From contig OZ024744.1 of assembly GCA_964016885.1 (NCBI GenBank), positions 79,236,001-79,300,000 of the forward strand: DNA of 64,000 nt. The letters are read 5' to 3'. The notes under the pieces were generated by a model. The model saw nothing but the letters and a program-made list of their open reading frames with translations. It was not told the origin of the DNA and ran no database searches. Source of the DNA: Eledone cirrhosa. Lineage: Eukaryota. Both the position numbers and the translations under genes were made by a program. Shown in pieces: positions 62,192 through 64,000 of this stretch. Positions within the stretch are counted from its first letter, which is position 1. Each line of letters begins with the position of its first letter.

Positions 62192-62377
62192 AGGGCGGTG
62201 GATTGGTAGAGGGTCGGACGCCATGCTTTGACGTATAGAGTTAAGGCCCTTGCCATTCTGAGTTCAAATCCCGCCAAGGTTAACTTTGCCTTTCATCCTT
62301 ACGGGGTCGATAAAATAAAGTACCAGTAATGTACTGGCTAATTGCTGGCCTTGTGCCTAACGTAGAAACAATTATTA
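62192..62377 (+). mobile_element. Second tRNA-derived SINE family with GCCTTTCATCCTTACGGGGTCGATAAAATAAAGTACCAG core (about 15 copies, e.g. 1-145 -, 3240-3660, 23059-23265, 37250-37405 -, 37985-38140, 45165-45335, 56300-56475)
   Basis: B-box GAGTTCAAATCC, shared central core, (ATT)n tail; dispersed near-identical copies. Confidence 0.85.
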
Positions 62378-62714
62378 AATTCTCTATTTTTTTAAAAGCC
62401 TCAGACAAGCCCCATTGGGTGAAACATGTGTAAGAGCTTTTTATAAATGTATTTTAACGGCTTGCTTCTCTTTCATCAACTTCTTTGTATATATTATATA
62501 TATATATGTATATGTATGTATGTGTATATAAAAGATAAACAGAAATAACAACACAACCAGTACAGTATATGGAGGGATGTATGAGGTTAGCGCTTGCGAG
62601 TGTGAGTACAAATATATTTTTTCTCGGCACTTAAAGGTTAAAAAATTCAGCTTACGTACATTGTTTTTATATATGTATGTTAGATGTATGATATCTATTT
62701 TTGTTTGATTGTAG

Positions 62715-62844
62715 GTCGAGGAGGGAGTGATGGCTGCAAGGTACCTATAAAAATTGAATCTTTACAGAGCCTCGGGGTCATAAAAGTTGAGTGTGGCTCC
62801 CAATTTTCTGTTGCTTTAACACAGTCTGGTGCTGTATACACATG
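62715..62844 (+). CDS. HERC2: HERC2 exon 21, RLD3: [17 protein letters not shown]...[19 protein letters not shown](W)
   Basis: ttgtag|GT ... ATG|gtaaat; 130 nt, phase 1 to 2. Confidence 0.95.
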
Positions 62845-64000
62845 GTAAATATCAGAATACAACTTCTTCTCGGTTGTATCTGCATTGTATAATGATAGGT
62901 GTGATTGTTTGAAAACGTACATAGATATTATATGTGAGGGTTGGTGAACCTTTCAGTTGTGTCAAAAACAAGACGACCTCCCTAGTGTTGAACTATACCA
63001 GAGGTTCTGAAACTTTTTTGGTCACCACCTCCCTTACGGCCACATAATACCCTCAGTGCCCACCCCTATTTTCAAAGAGACCTGCCTACACGCAAATTGT
63101 AAATAATATATAATAAATAAAATCATTAATTGATATATATAATATATACTATGTATAAATAAATAATATTATTCTTTACTATATTTATATATATATGTAT
63201 TATTTGATATTTAATATACTATTATATCATCTCTACCACCTCCACTGTCCCCTTAGGCTCCAGCGCCATCCTGGACCTTCTCAATGCCCCCCGAGGAGTG
63301 GTAGTGCCCACTTTGAGAACCTCTGTTCTACACGATAAACCTACCCAGTAAATGCTGTAAAATCGTTGGTGATAAGAAGGGCATGAAGCTTTAGAAAATT
63401 TGCCAAAGGATTGGAAAGATTCTTCAGCTCTGTTAAAGATGTTACAACCTCCCTAGCATTGGGGATCTACACAATAAATACACCCAGTACATGATTTAAA
63501 TTTGTTGGTGATAAGAAAGGTACCCAGCCATAGAAAACCTACCAGACAGTGGTTTGAGAAGACCCTTCAGCTCTTTTAAAGATATGTCAACCTTCTTAGC
63601 ATTGGTATCATGTTAAAATGCACACAGTAGAGTGCATGTCTGTCATCATCATCATGTAAGCAAAATGTAGGCTTCCAGTCTATCTGTGCTAGAGCACTGA
63701 CTCCATGTAGTTAGGTACCTAAATGAGAAAAAGGAGTCATATAAACTTAATCAGCTTTGCTTTGTGTGACTCCTCACTATTAACGTAAAATAACCTAATA
63801 TGACGACTAGAATGTTTCAGTTGAACATTGTCTATTAAATGGTTGTGACAATGAATTAATTGCTAGTCGGCTGTCAGATTAACTTGGTTTCTATGGCTGG
63901 ATGCCCTTCCTAACACCAACCAAATTAACAGGGTGCCTTTTATTGTGGCATCAAAACGGACCACTTTACAATGTGGACTGGGTGCTTTGTGTCGTGTCAC

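Larger units (their letters stand above)
1532..62844 (+). other. HERC2: HERC2 E3 ubiquitin-protein ligase gene, internal portion (21 exons; RLD2, linker, RLD3), open at both window ends
   Basis: 21 exons with AG/GT boundaries and consistent phases give one uninterrupted frame. The peptides match remembered HERC2 sequence (e.g. [71 protein letters not shown]). Confidence 0.97.

Overview
Eukaryotic (animal), AT-rich genomic DNA; no prokaryotic features. The whole window is an internal part of one + strand gene, the giant E3 ubiquitin ligase HERC2. I traced 21 GT-AG exons (1532-62844) that splice in frame into 3749 nt (~1249 aa). They cover most of RCC1-like domain 2 (RLD2), the linker and most of RLD3. 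The start codon and the HECT domain lie outside the window. The introns (largest 29999-47230, 17.2 kb) are full of transposon remnants: RTE/RTE-X and CRE-type LINE fragments, tRNA-derived SINEs, a hAT (Charlie/Buster-like) element with a perfect 8-bp TSD, TTAA (piggyBac-like) and hAT MITEs, non-autonomous Helitrons, Penelope-like remnants, 34-bp and 43-bp minisatellites and long (TA/TG)n tracts. The repeat families look like those of octopod cephalopods (inference from recall, not a database result). The most notable unannotated signal is a set of minimal type-I hammerhead-ribozyme motifs in Penelope-like remnants, one of which has a canonical core (33601-33636, minus strand). There are also several long intronic hairpins and a CpG-rich island inside the giant intron. 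Exon boundaries were read by hand and phase-checked; repeat boundaries are approximate.
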